A stretch of 54,431 nucleotides of DNA from Lachnospiraceae bacterium (GTDB lineage Bacteria; Bacillota; Negativicutes; Veillonellales; Megasphaeraceae), in assembly GCA_963657835.1 (NCBI GenBank), contig CAVKOP010000001.1:1-54431 (forward strand). Reading direction: 5' to 3'. Positions 38,196 to 47,242 of the stretch are shown piece after piece (within the stretch, counting starts at the first letter, position 1; each line of letters starts with the position of its first letter). The notes beneath the pieces are model-generated. The model was not told the origin of the DNA. It ran no database searches and saw nothing but the letters and a program-made list of their open reading frames with translations. A program made the translations under genes and the position numbers.

Positions 38196-39353
38196 ATGAA
38201 GATAAAAAAGTACGGTCTGGCAGGCCTCTGTATCATGATGGCAGTGATAGTGGCCTTTTGTTATAGTAAACAGCAGGAAACAGTTATAGTCGGCATTAAT
38301 TTGGCATTGAGCGGAGAAAATCAGGCACAGGGAGAAGCAACAGAACGGGGCATTGTGTTAGCTAAAAATCAACTGAACAAACGAGGCGGCCTGCTGGGAC
38401 GGCCGGTCAAACTCGTATCGGTAGATAATCATGGAAAGCCGGCTGATGCAGCCACGGCAGTGCAACAGCTGAACATGCGGCATGTCGCAGCTATTATCGG
38501 TCCCAATATGCATGATTGCGCCACCGCGGCCGTTTCCAATATATTGGATAAAAAAATCCCCATGATTAGTCCGGCTGGCGCCCAGCATGATATTACGGCA
38601 GATATACAACAAGACACCGTATATCCGTATGTATTTCGTACGGCGTTTTTAAACGCGCAGCAGGGAGAAACGATGGCAGCCTATGCGATGACAGCCTGCA
38701 GTGCTCAAAAAACGGCAGTATTGTATGAGGATACGGCCTATTCTCGTGAATTGGCATCTCATTTTAAAGAAGCGATAGAACGTCATGGCGGCGAAGTCCT
38801 TTTATATCAAGACGTGTCCGGCAATATGGATGCGCCTGCTGTTATAGCCGCTTTAAAAGCACACCCCTGTCAGGCTGTGTATCTGCCTGTCAGTCAGGAG
38901 CAAGCGGCTGTATGGATACCATCGCTTCGCGATGCAGGAATTGACTGCCCCGTATTGGGACCGGACAGCTGGCAGGGAGAGGCGCTGGCTGCGAAACTTC
39001 ATGCAGATTACTTGCAGCGCGTATTTTATGCGGCGCAGTATGCGACAGATGCCAAAGACCCCGTTTCGGAAGATTTTGCTGAAGCGTATTATGAAATGTA
39101 TGGGGAATTGCCTGACAGCTATGCTGCGTTGGGATGCGATGCGTTTATGCTGCTGGCAAAGGCTGTAGAAAACGGGCAGTCTATAAAACGGGAAGATATT
39201 GCGGCGCAGCTGCAGCAGCTGAAGGAATATCAAGGCGTTACAGGCAATATGATATTTGACAGCAGACATAATCCTGTCAAACCAGTTTGCATACTGACTT
39301 TTTGGGAAAATGAGCCGGCCTTTCTGGAAAAACAGCAGGCAGCAGACCGGTAA
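38196..39353 (+). CDS. Orphan branched-chain amino acid-type ABC substrate-binding protein (LivJ/LivK-like)
   Basis: GGLLGRPVKLV..D, IIGP, YVFRT and YQGVTG.MIFD..HNPVK; no permease adjacent. Confidence 0.8.
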   Translation: MKIKKYGLAGLCIMMAVIVAFCYSKQQETVIVGINLALSGENQAQGEATERGIVLAKNQLNKRGGLLGRPVKLVSVDNHGKPADAATAVQQLNMRHVAAIIGPNMHDCATAAVSNILDKKIPMISPAGAQHDITADIQQDTVYPYVFRTAFLNAQQGETMAAYAMTACSAQKTAVLYEDTAYSRELASHFKEAIERHGGEVLLYQDVSGNMDAPAVIAALKAHPCQAVYLPVSQEQAAVWIPSLRDAGIDCPVLGPDSWQGEALAAKLHADYLQRVFYAAQYATDAKDPVSEDFAEAYYEMYGELPDSYAALGCDAFMLLAKAVENGQSIKREDIAAQLQQLKEYQGVTGNMIFDSRHNPVKPVCILTFWENEPAFLEKQQAADR

Positions 39354-39430
39354 CATTGCGGCTTATCAATGAGACCTATGCAATATTTATATTTCCTATC
39401 TCTTTACAAATGAGAATATAAATGATAACA

Positions 39431-39522
39431 TGTAGGGGATGAACAGGCTGTACCATACAGCCGGGCGTAAGCAGCAGGCATACCTGTGGGACTATCACAC
39501 GTAGTTCCACAGGTATTTTTTT
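39431..39522 (+). ncRNA. NiCo (czcD) metal-sensing riboswitch with overlapping terminator
   Basis: TGAACAGGC-[stem]-GCCGGGC-gtaa-GCAGCAG-[stem]-CTGTGGGAC follows the czcD/NiCo four-way-junction consensus; terminator atacctgtgggacta/tagttccacaggtat+T7; directly upstream of a CDF exporter. Confidence 0.85.
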
Positions 39523-39601
39523 GTATGAAAATACTGTTAAAAGTCCTGTGGACTTGTATCGTGGAAAGTTCAGTTTGGAAAGTATATAAGGAGCGATCAA
39601 C

Positions 39602-40474
39602 ATGTCACAGAATGAAAATCAACTGAAACATCGTACAGCACGGCTGTCTGTCATTAGCAACAGTCTTCTGGTCATAGGCAAATTGGCCGTAGGCCTTTCA
39701 ACAGGAACTGTCAGTATTATTTCCGAAGGCATCCATTCCGGCGTAGATTTGCTGGCTGCCGCTATTGCCTGCTTTGCTGTCAAACAAGCTGCCTTGCCGC
39801 CGGACAAAGATCATGATTATGGACATGGCAAAGTCGAAACGGTATCGGCTGCTTTTGAAGCGCTGCTGATTATTGCCGCGGCCTTGGCTATTTTTTATGA
39901 AGCCGTTGAAAAGCTCCTGCATCCGCAGCCGCTGCAGGAAGATGGTTTGTATTTAGCTATCGGCGTGATGGCTGTTTCCAGTCTGATGAATGCCATCGTA
40001 TCGCAGCGTCTGTTCAGCGTCGGCAAAAAAACGGGCTCGGCAGCCTTGCAGGCAGACGGCATGCATTTGCGTGCTGATGTATGGACGTCAGCAGCCGTTC
40101 TTACAGGCGTAGGCTTGATGAAGATTACCGGCTGGGCTTGGATTGACCCTGTCATTGCTTGTTTAGTAGCAGCTGGCATTTTGCATGTTGGGTATGGCAT
40201 GTGCCGACAGAGTTATAAGGATTTGACAGATTCTTCTCTCGATGAAATGGAAGAACGTCGTATTGGACGCATTATTTTGGATAATCCAGGCGTACTGGGC
40301 TATCATAATTTACGCACCCGTGTCAGCGGCAACGTAACCGTATTGGATTTCCATTTGGAAGTAGACAAACGAATTCCTGTGTATCAGGCCCACGCGATTT
40401 CAGATGCTGTCGAATTTTCACTGCATACTAAATATGGACCGTGCGACCCAACCATTCACATTGAACCTCGTTAA
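39602..40474 (+). CDS. Cation diffusion facilitator (CzcD/FieF-like) metal exporter
   Basis: HSGVD, PPDKDHDYGHGKVE, HLRAD, AHAISDAVE and IHIEP. Confidence 0.92.
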   Translation: MSQNENQLKHRTARLSVISNSLLVIGKLAVGLSTGTVSIISEGIHSGVDLLAAAIACFAVKQAALPPDKDHDYGHGKVETVSAAFEALLIIAAALAIFYEAVEKLLHPQPLQEDGLYLAIGVMAVSSLMNAIVSQRLFSVGKKTGSAALQADGMHLRADVWTSAAVLTGVGLMKITGWAWIDPVIACLVAAGILHVGYGMCRQSYKDLTDSSLDEMEERRIGRIILDNPGVLGYHNLRTRVSGNVTVLDFHLEVDKRIPVYQAHAISDAVEFSLHTKYGPCDPTIHIEPR

Positions 40475-40506
40475 TAACGCAGCCTAAAAAACACATATTA
40501 TATAAG

Positions 40507-40545
40507 AAAAAGACTTTCGACGTCAAAGCGCCGGAAGTCTTTTTT
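40507..40545 (+). terminator. Intrinsic terminator after the CDF gene
   Basis: aaaagactttcg...cggaagtctttt plus T run. Confidence 0.65.
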
Positions 40546-40638
40546 ATAGTTGCAGCGGGCAGGCACAGAAACTCTTTGCGTAAAATTTTTTCTTGCATGT
40601 GCCGACACAATTCGGTATGATACAAGAGGTGATGAATA

Positions 40639-41010
40639 ATGAATACATTGGATATATTTTTGCAGCAGATGCAAATACTGGCAGCTGCAAAACAGGAAGA
40701 TTTACAAAATCTGTTTATCCAGCATGGCATAGTGCATATGTTTCAAGAACAATTTCACTTAGGAATAGCCTTGCTTCAAGACGCATTGCGGGAAGACGGC
40801 AAGGGCATGGAAGCGATGGGGGCGCCGAAAGAAATCATTATGGCGGCCTATGAAGAATATATTTTCATTGAAGAAGATGTATGGCTGCATATGCTGCAAG
40901 ATTGCTGCCAAACGCCAAAAGGAACAGAATTAAAGCCTCTAGTCATGCGGATTCTTATGCAGTATATTCCTGTACTGCAGCAAGTTGCCAAAGACCTGCA
41001 GCAGCGATGA
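40639..41010 (+). CDS. Hypothetical helical protein
   Basis: GAGGTG RBS; 123-aa ORF filling the gap; no recognised motif. Confidence 0.6.
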   Translation: MNTLDIFLQQMQILAAAKQEDLQNLFIQHGIVHMFQEQFHLGIALLQDALREDGKGMEAMGAPKEIIMAAYEEYIFIEEDVWLHMLQDCCQTPKGTELKPLVMRILMQYIPVLQQVAKDLQQR

Positions 41011-41025
41011 GCAGATACGGCTTTC

Positions 41026-41138
41026 TTGTGTTTTTATCGGTATCTTGCTATACTAAATACGGTTTCATGCAGATTACGGACCGATTTTGGATAACGACTG
41101 CGGCATACCCTGCGTATGCCCGGCGTTATCCTTTTTTT
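41026..41138 (+). promoter_or_regulatory. folP promoter and leader with terminator-like hairpin
   Basis: TTGTGT-N17-TATACT (41026-41054, TG extended); ggataacg..ggcatac/gtatgcc..cgttatcc plus T7 before the folP RBS. Confidence 0.5.
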
Positions 41139-41155
41139 ATTAAGGAGAATACAAA

Positions 41156-41989
41156 ATGGGAAAAGAAATTCGTACGTATCATTGGAAAGACGGAAAATCA
41201 TTGACAATAGGAGAAAAAACGGTAATCATGGGCGTATTGAATTATACGCCGGATTCATTTTCTGACGGCGGTAAATGGAACAACATAGATGCTGCACTGC
41301 ATCATATGGAACAGATGGTAGCAGACGGCGCAGATATTATTGACATCGGTGCAGAATCGTCGCGCCCCGGGTTTACGCCTATTTCTGCGGCAGAAGAGAT
41401 TGACCGCCTGGATGGTATACTGCCTAAATTGGTGAAAGCCTGCCCAGTACCTATTTCGGTAGATACGTATAAAGCAGAAACAGCGGCCTATGCGATGCAA
41501 ACAGGGGCTCATATCATGAACGATATCTGGGGCCTGCAATATGCGCCGGAACCGGGAAAAATGGCAGCCGTTGCCGCCCAGTACGGTGTGCCTGTTGTTG
41601 TCATGCATAATCAAAACGGGACAGAGTATACCAATATCATAGAAGATATGAAGAAGTTTTTTATTACGTCAGCTGTCATTGCTGCCAAAGCCGGCGTAAA
41701 GCAGGAACAAATCATTACAGATCCCGGCATTGGTTTTGGCAAGACGTGGGAGCAGAATCTCTATGTGATGAAACATTTGGCTGACCTTACAGCGCTGCCG
41801 TATCCGATGCTGCTTGGCACGAGCCGTAAAGGATTTATCGGCCGGATTTTGGATTTGCCCGTAACAGAACGGATGGAAGGAACCGGCGCGACGTGCGTAG
41901 CCGGCGTGCTGGCCGGCTGTGCCATCGTCCGCGTTCATGATGTTAAGCCGATTGCCCGTATGTGCAAGATGGCAGATGCTCTGCGCTAA
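41156..41989 (+). CDS. folP: Dihydropteroate synthase
   Basis: MGVLNYTPDSFSDGG, IDIGAESSRPG, SVDT, DPGIGFGK, GTSRK and RVHDV. Confidence 0.96.
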   Translation: MGKEIRTYHWKDGKSLTIGEKTVIMGVLNYTPDSFSDGGKWNNIDAALHHMEQMVADGADIIDIGAESSRPGFTPISAAEEIDRLDGILPKLVKACPVPISVDTYKAETAAYAMQTGAHIMNDIWGLQYAPEPGKMAAVAAQYGVPVVVMHNQNGTEYTNIIEDMKKFFITSAVIAAKAGVKQEQIITDPGIGFGKTWEQNLYVMKHLADLTALPYPMLLGTSRKGFIGRILDLPVTERMEGTGATCVAGVLAGCAIVRVHDVKPIARMCKMADALR

Positions 41990-42104
41990 AAGGGAAATGC
42001 CGCCGATTTTTATAAAAATATGCATGAATTCCGTAAAGCAGTCCGTATATATGGTACAATAGAACGTATAAAGAGAAGAAATGACACTGAGCGGAGGTGC
42101 TCTG

Positions 42105-43373
42105 ATGGAACATAAAGCAACGGATTGGATGAATATTGCACAGTATTTTTATTGGGATGAAGCGGAGCTGCGAAATTTTTCACAGCGCTTTACAGCAGAG
42201 ATAGAAACGGCCTTGTGCGGTCGGAAATCTTCGTTGGCGATGGTGAAATCCTATTTGGGATTGCCGACTGGCGATGAAACAGGAACGTATCTGGCATTGG
42301 ATTTTGGCGGGACCAATATTCGTGTTTCACGCATTCGGCTGTTGGGCAAACATTGCTTCATCGTAGAAAAAAAAATATCCCGTCCTTTAAAAGCAGACGG
42401 GAAATATAATTACATGTCGCACAAAACGACCGTACATGAGCTGTTTGATTTCATCGCATCGCTGGTAGGTGAAGCGGCAGGGGGTAACAAAGCGTATCGT
42501 TTGGGGCATACGTTTTCGTTTGGTGTCATACAGGAACACGTCCATGATGCGGCGCTTATTCAATGGTCTAAAGAAATCAACGTCCAGGGCGGCGAAGGAA
42601 TGCTGGTTAATGCCTTATTAAAACAAGCCTTAGTGCGGCAGGGGCTGGATAAGATTGAACCGGTAGCGCTTTTAAATGATACTACGGCGCTGCTGCTGGC
42701 TGCCGGATATCAGCATGGCTGCAGTCAAATCGGTATTATTTGCGGTACTGGGTTTAATATTTGTTACTATGAGCCGACAATGCAGATGATTCTTTCCTTG
42801 GAAGCCGGCGGCTATGACGGCGCAGTGCGTAATCGCTGGGATATTGCCGTCGATGATGCGTCACAGCGTCCAGGATATCATTCGTTGGAAAAGATGATTG
42901 GCGGCGCCTATCTTTGTGAATTGTACCGGCAGGCTGTCATGACCTATTTAGAAACGCCTTTTTTGCCGGATTTTACGACCAAAGACATGAATCGTATTGT
43001 TACGAATGAAAGCAGCCGTGAAGGACGCTTATTGATGGGACAGATTTGGCAGCGTATCGTATCGCCTCGTGATATTAAACCGCTGCGCAGCATCGGCGCG
43101 GCCATTTTTGTACGGGCTGCACAGCTGACAGGCGCTGCCTGCTACGGCGTTTTGCGGCATTTGTATCCCAATGGAGAGATTCCCCGCCAGACGATTGCCG
43201 TCGAAGGCAGCGTTATGGAACATGTGCGGGGCAGCCTGTTTATGATGGAAGACACGCTGCGAATCTGTCAGGCCGGTAATTATATACAGCCTATGCTGGC
43301 AGAACCTATGCTTGTCAAAGACGGACCATCTGTAGGAGCAGCTATCGCTGCGGCCATGGTTTCAGCCCATTAA
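42105..43373 (+). CDS. Hexokinase-family (eukaryote-type) sugar kinase
   Basis: LALDFGGTNIRV, LGHTFSF, QWSK, LNDTT, CGTGFN, LEKMIGGAYL and DGPSVGAA; start ATG 42105 after GGAGG. Confidence 0.85.
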   Translation: MEHKATDWMNIAQYFYWDEAELRNFSQRFTAEIETALCGRKSSLAMVKSYLGLPTGDETGTYLALDFGGTNIRVSRIRLLGKHCFIVEKKISRPLKADGKYNYMSHKTTVHELFDFIASLVGEAAGGNKAYRLGHTFSFGVIQEHVHDAALIQWSKEINVQGGEGMLVNALLKQALVRQGLDKIEPVALLNDTTALLLAAGYQHGCSQIGIICGTGFNICYYEPTMQMILSLEAGGYDGAVRNRWDIAVDDASQRPGYHSLEKMIGGAYLCELYRQAVMTYLETPFLPDFTTKDMNRIVTNESSREGRLLMGQIWQRIVSPRDIKPLRSIGAAIFVRAAQLTGAACYGVLRHLYPNGEIPRQTIAVEGSVMEHVRGSLFMMEDTLRICQAGNYIQPMLAEPMLVKDGPSVGAAIAAAMVSAH

Positions 43374-44362
43374 ACGCGGGGCTGTGTCGGCCTGCGTCCC
43401 AAATCATGCAGCATCTGCCTATCGACGGATACGGCATTGCCGTCTGTCGTCAAATAGCCGCCAATCATTAAGCCGTTCAGCCCGCCGGTCAGGGCATATG
43501 CCTGCATGGAGCGGAGATTGACTTCGCGGCCGCCGGCTGTACGTATAAGTGCTTTCGGCAAAATGAAGCGGAATACAGCAAACGTGCGCAGGATTTCCCA
43601 GGGGGACAGGGGCTGGTTGTTGGCAAAGGGTGTACCGGCAATGGGATTGAGAATATTCAGCGGTATAGAGTCAATGCCGAAATCTTTTAGCGTAAAGGCC
43701 ATTTCTACGCGCTGACGGGGCGTTTCTCCCAGCCCGAATATACCGCCGGAACAAACTCGTAAGCCTGCTTTTTGGGCCGTGCGGATGACAGATGCTTTAT
43801 CGGCAAAGGTATGGGTGGAACAAATAGAAGGAAAATAAGACGGCGCTGTCTCGATATTGGCGTGATATCGGGACACGCCGATATTTTTTAGGGCCATAGC
43901 CTGATGCAGCGTAATAAGGCCGAGAGAGCAGCAAGTTTCTATCTGCACTTCTTGACGGATGCGTGTCAACGTACGAAGAATAGCGTCAAATTCCGGCCCT
44001 TCCGCTACAGAACGGCCGCTGGTGACGATGGCAAAACGAGCGGCCCCGGCTGCTTTGGCTTTTTTAGCGGCAGCAATAATCGTTTCGCAATCCAGCAGCG
44101 GATATATGGATGCTCCCGTGTGGTAATGGGCTGATTGCGCACAAAAACGGCAGTTTTCCGGGCAGCGGCCGGAACGTCCGTTAATAATGGCACAGCAGTC
44201 TACGTCATCGCTGCTGTAGTGCTGTCGGATTTTATCAGCCATGGCGAGAAGCAGCGGCGTATCCTGATTAGGCAGGGAAATGAGTTCCAGCGCTTCTGAA
44301 AAGGTAATATCATGGCCTTGCAGTACTTTTTCGGTATATGTTTGCAGTGTAGTTAAATTCAT
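43370..44362 (-). CDS. bioB: Biotin synthase (radical SAM)
   Basis: CPENCRFCAQSAH, CCSLG, YHANIET, CSGGIFGLGE, DSIPLN...GTP and RTAGGRE. Confidence 0.92.
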   Translation of the reverse strand: MNLTTLQTYTEKVLQGHDITFSEALELISLPNQDTPLLLAMADKIRQHYSSDDVDCCAIINGRSGRCPENCRFCAQSAHYHTGASIYPLLDCETIIAAAKKAKAAGAARFAIVTSGRSVAEGPEFDAILRTLTRIRQEVQIETCCSLGLITLHQAMALKNIGVSRYHANIETAPSYFPSICSTHTFADKASVIRTAQKAGLRVCSGGIFGLGETPRQRVEMAFTLKDFGIDSIPLNILNPIAGTPFANNQPLSPWEILRTFAVFRFILPKALIRTAGGREVNLRSMQAYALTGGLNGLMIGGYLTTDGNAVSVDRQMLHDLGRRPTQPRV

Positions 44363-44567
44363 GAGAATGCTCCTCTCTGATATATGACTTTACGTTAGTA
44401 TACAAAAATGAAATCATAAAGTCAACTAATTAAACACTGAATATGGTTTACAATATAAAGAGATTATTTCTGATATTGTACAGATATTTTATAAAATACC
44501 TCTTTTCACCAGGCCAGTTTTTCGCTACAATATATATAATAACGATACAAAATAATGAAATGAGTCG

Positions 44568-45971
44568 ATGTATATGCTGCAAATCAATAAGGGCATAAAA
44601 ACCCCTTATTACGTACAAATATATGAATATTACCGCCATGAAATCGAAGCCCGCCGGATGGTTGCCGGCATGCGGCTTCCTTCTGTACGGGAGTTGGCAC
44701 AGTCTGTCAACGTTAGCAAAATGACCGTAGAAAAAGCATATTATCAACTTGCCAGTGAAGGATATATTATTCGCCGTAATAAAGCCCGCTATGAAGCGGC
44801 TTTTTTAGGTCCTATTGAAGAAAAAAGTCATACAGCTGCTGTAGGGCTTGCTCCCCGTTCGGCACCTAAGCCGGCTTACCTATATGATTTTGGCAGCGGT
44901 GATATGGATATGGAACATTTTCCCCTGGATATTTGGCGCAAGCATATGAATCGGGTTTTGTCAGAACCATCCTACTTGACGGCCAGTAATGATGAACAGG
45001 GCGTGCCGGATTTACGGGAAGCTCTTAGCCACTATGTATATGAAACACGAGGCGTGCATGCCAAAGCAGAAAACATTATTATTGGAGCAGGGACAGCAGC
45101 CCTGCTCGGCGTATTAACGACGCTTCTGAGAGATACATGGCCGCGCATTGCTGTAGAAAATCCAGGATTTAGACTGGGCAGAGAAATTTTTCGCAATATG
45201 GGATTTGCTATTGAACCCATTTCTATTCAAAACGGCATGCTGGATATGGACAGGCTCCACGAAAGTCAGGTGCAGCTTGTCTATGTAAGCCCGTCGCATC
45301 AATTTCCTACGGGTACGGTCATGCCGATTGGCATGCGGTATCAGCTGCTGCAGTGGGCTGAAAAATGCAACGGATTAATCATAGAAGATGACTATGACAG
45401 CGAGCTGCGCTATTATGGACGGCCTATTCCGGCGCTGCAGGGATTAGATACAGCCGGACAGGTCGTTTACATGGGAGCTTTATCCAAAGTGCTGCCTTTT
45501 TTCGTGCGTCTTAGCTATATGGTATTGCCGCCGCGGCTGATGGCCTTGTATAATCAAAAGCGAAACTTGTTCCGTCAGGGAGCATCCATACCGGAGCAGT
45601 GTGTCTTGGCAGCGTATATCCAAAGCGGTGATTTGGCAAGGCATGTACGGCGGCTGCGCAAAGATTATCAGGAAAAAGGACTGCTGATGGAGCGGCTTTT
45701 GCAGGAAGCGTTTGGCAGTCAGATAAAAGTCAGCCGGATTACATCCGGTGTTTATTGTCACATTGCCCTGCGCAGCTCCTATTCTGCACAGGAATTGTGC
45801 AGCAAAGCAGAAAAAGAAGGCTGCCGTGTACTGACTATGCAGTCATTTTATGAACAACCAGGACAAGAGGAACAAAAAGAATTTCTTTTGTCTTTTTCAA
45901 AGATACCCAGTTATAAGCTCAAGCAGGCTGTCACGGCGCTGCAGCGGGCCTGGCTGGAGAAAGAAGGATAG
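44568..45971 (+). CDS. MocR/GabR-family GntR regulator with PLP aminotransferase domain
   Basis: RLPSVRELA..VSKMTVEKAY..L..EGYI, SPSHQFPTG, IEDDYDSE and LSK. Confidence 0.92.
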   Translation: MYMLQINKGIKTPYYVQIYEYYRHEIEARRMVAGMRLPSVRELAQSVNVSKMTVEKAYYQLASEGYIIRRNKARYEAAFLGPIEEKSHTAAVGLAPRSAPKPAYLYDFGSGDMDMEHFPLDIWRKHMNRVLSEPSYLTASNDEQGVPDLREALSHYVYETRGVHAKAENIIIGAGTAALLGVLTTLLRDTWPRIAVENPGFRLGREIFRNMGFAIEPISIQNGMLDMDRLHESQVQLVYVSPSHQFPTGTVMPIGMRYQLLQWAEKCNGLIIEDDYDSELRYYGRPIPALQGLDTAGQVVYMGALSKVLPFFVRLSYMVLPPRLMALYNQKRNLFRQGASIPEQCVLAAYIQSGDLARHVRRLRKDYQEKGLLMERLLQEAFGSQIKVSRITSGVYCHIALRSSYSAQELCSKAEKEGCRVLTMQSFYEQPGQEEQKEFLLSFSKIPSYKLKQAVTALQRAWLEKEG

Positions 45972-45973
45972 GG

Positions 45974-47236
45974 ATGGCAAAAAGTTTACGTTTTATTCAT
46001 TGCGGCGATTTGCATTTAGGCAGCCCTTTCCGTGATATTGCTTCTATTGATGAACGATGGCAGCGTATTGTCGGAAACGCGACTATGCGGGCATTTCAAA
46101 AAGTAGTGCAGATTGCCATTGATAAACAAGTACACGCTGTACTTATCAGCGGTGATGTGTATACTAGTGCCGATCATAATTTGACGGCGCAGTTGGATTA
46201 TGTGCGTCTTCTTCATAAATTGGCACAAAATGATATACAGGTTTTTGCCGTTCTTGGCAACCATGACCCGCTGGATGCCTGGCAGGCCAAAATACCTTTT
46301 CCGCCGAACGTGCATGTTTTCAGCACGGAAAAAGTAGAACGAATGCCGTTGATTGTTGACGGTGAAGAAGTAGCTGCTGTCTATGGACAGAGCTATGCCC
46401 ACCAGGAACAGCGGGATAATTTGGCGTGGAATTTCAGCCGTACCTCAGCAGACCATTATGCTATTGGACTGCTTCATACGCAGGTAGGAGGCCCGTCGAC
46501 CTATGCCCCGTGCAGTTTGACTGATTTAAAAGAAAGCGGTATGGATTACTGGGCGCTGGGACACGTGCATGCGCACCAAATCTTGTGCGACAAGCCGTAT
46601 GTTGTATACGCCGGCAATCCGCAAGGGCTGGACTGCACAGAAACGGGACCTAGAGGATGCTATTATGTAGAAGTCGGCCCATACGGCACAACGGATATTG
46701 AATTTGTAGATACTAGTATTGTCCGCTGGGAAAGCGTGGATATCCCGATTGATTCCATTGAATCGGTTTCTGAACTGCGGGAAGCTGTCCGTTTTACTAA
46801 AGAAAAAATACGGCATGAAGTCGGTAAGCCGACATTTCTTACGGTTAACTTTGTCGGTGCGGGAAGCATGTATCATGTCATCAATAATCCGGAAGCCACA
46901 CAGTACTGGATAGACAGCTGGCGTGAAGAAGAACAGGGCAAATATGCGTTTGTTATGGTAGAACGCCTGCGCAACATGGCACGTCCTAAAATCAATTTGA
47001 CAGAACGCAGCAAACTTCCTGATACAGTAGGCGATTATTTAAACATGAGTGATAAAATAGATGCCCTGCCGCAGGAAGAAAAACTAAAGGCACTGCGAGC
47101 CATTCTCCAGGAACGGCCGGAATTTGAACGCCTTGGCGCCTATGGCCGCGGCATATCGGATGCCCGGCTTTTGGAAGCGTTTGAAAAGGCCAAATGGCTG
47201 GGTATGCAGAAGCTGCTTACAGATAAAAGAGGATAG
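45974..47236 (+). CDS. yhaO: SbcD/Mre11-like metallophosphoesterase nuclease (YhaO family)
   Basis: HCGDLHLG, SGD, GNHD, LLHT, YWALGHVH and YAGNPQG. Confidence 0.85.
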   Translation: MAKSLRFIHCGDLHLGSPFRDIASIDERWQRIVGNATMRAFQKVVQIAIDKQVHAVLISGDVYTSADHNLTAQLDYVRLLHKLAQNDIQVFAVLGNHDPLDAWQAKIPFPPNVHVFSTEKVERMPLIVDGEEVAAVYGQSYAHQEQRDNLAWNFSRTSADHYAIGLLHTQVGGPSTYAPCSLTDLKESGMDYWALGHVHAHQILCDKPYVVYAGNPQGLDCTETGPRGCYYVEVGPYGTTDIEFVDTSIVRWESVDIPIDSIESVSELREAVRFTKEKIRHEVGKPTFLTVNFVGAGSMYHVINNPEATQYWIDSWREEEQGKYAFVMVERLRNMARPKINLTERSKLPDTVGDYLNMSDKIDALPQEEKLKALRAILQERPEFERLGAYGRGISDARLLEAFEKAKWLGMQKLLTDKRG

Positions 47237-47242
47237 GTACTT

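Noticed and set aside
43370..44362. Radical SAM gene as the missing hydE/hydG
   Set aside because: Motifs (CAQS, CCSLG, CSGGIFG, RTAGGRE) are BioB-type, and the gene is 26 kb from hydF.
44385..44453. BirA operator upstream of bioB (GTCAAC...GTTTAC; TGACTTTA/TAAAGTCA)
   Set aside because: Half-sites are present, but the 19-nt spacer is longer than the roughly 14-16 nt I recall for BirA sites; not supportable without a matrix scan.
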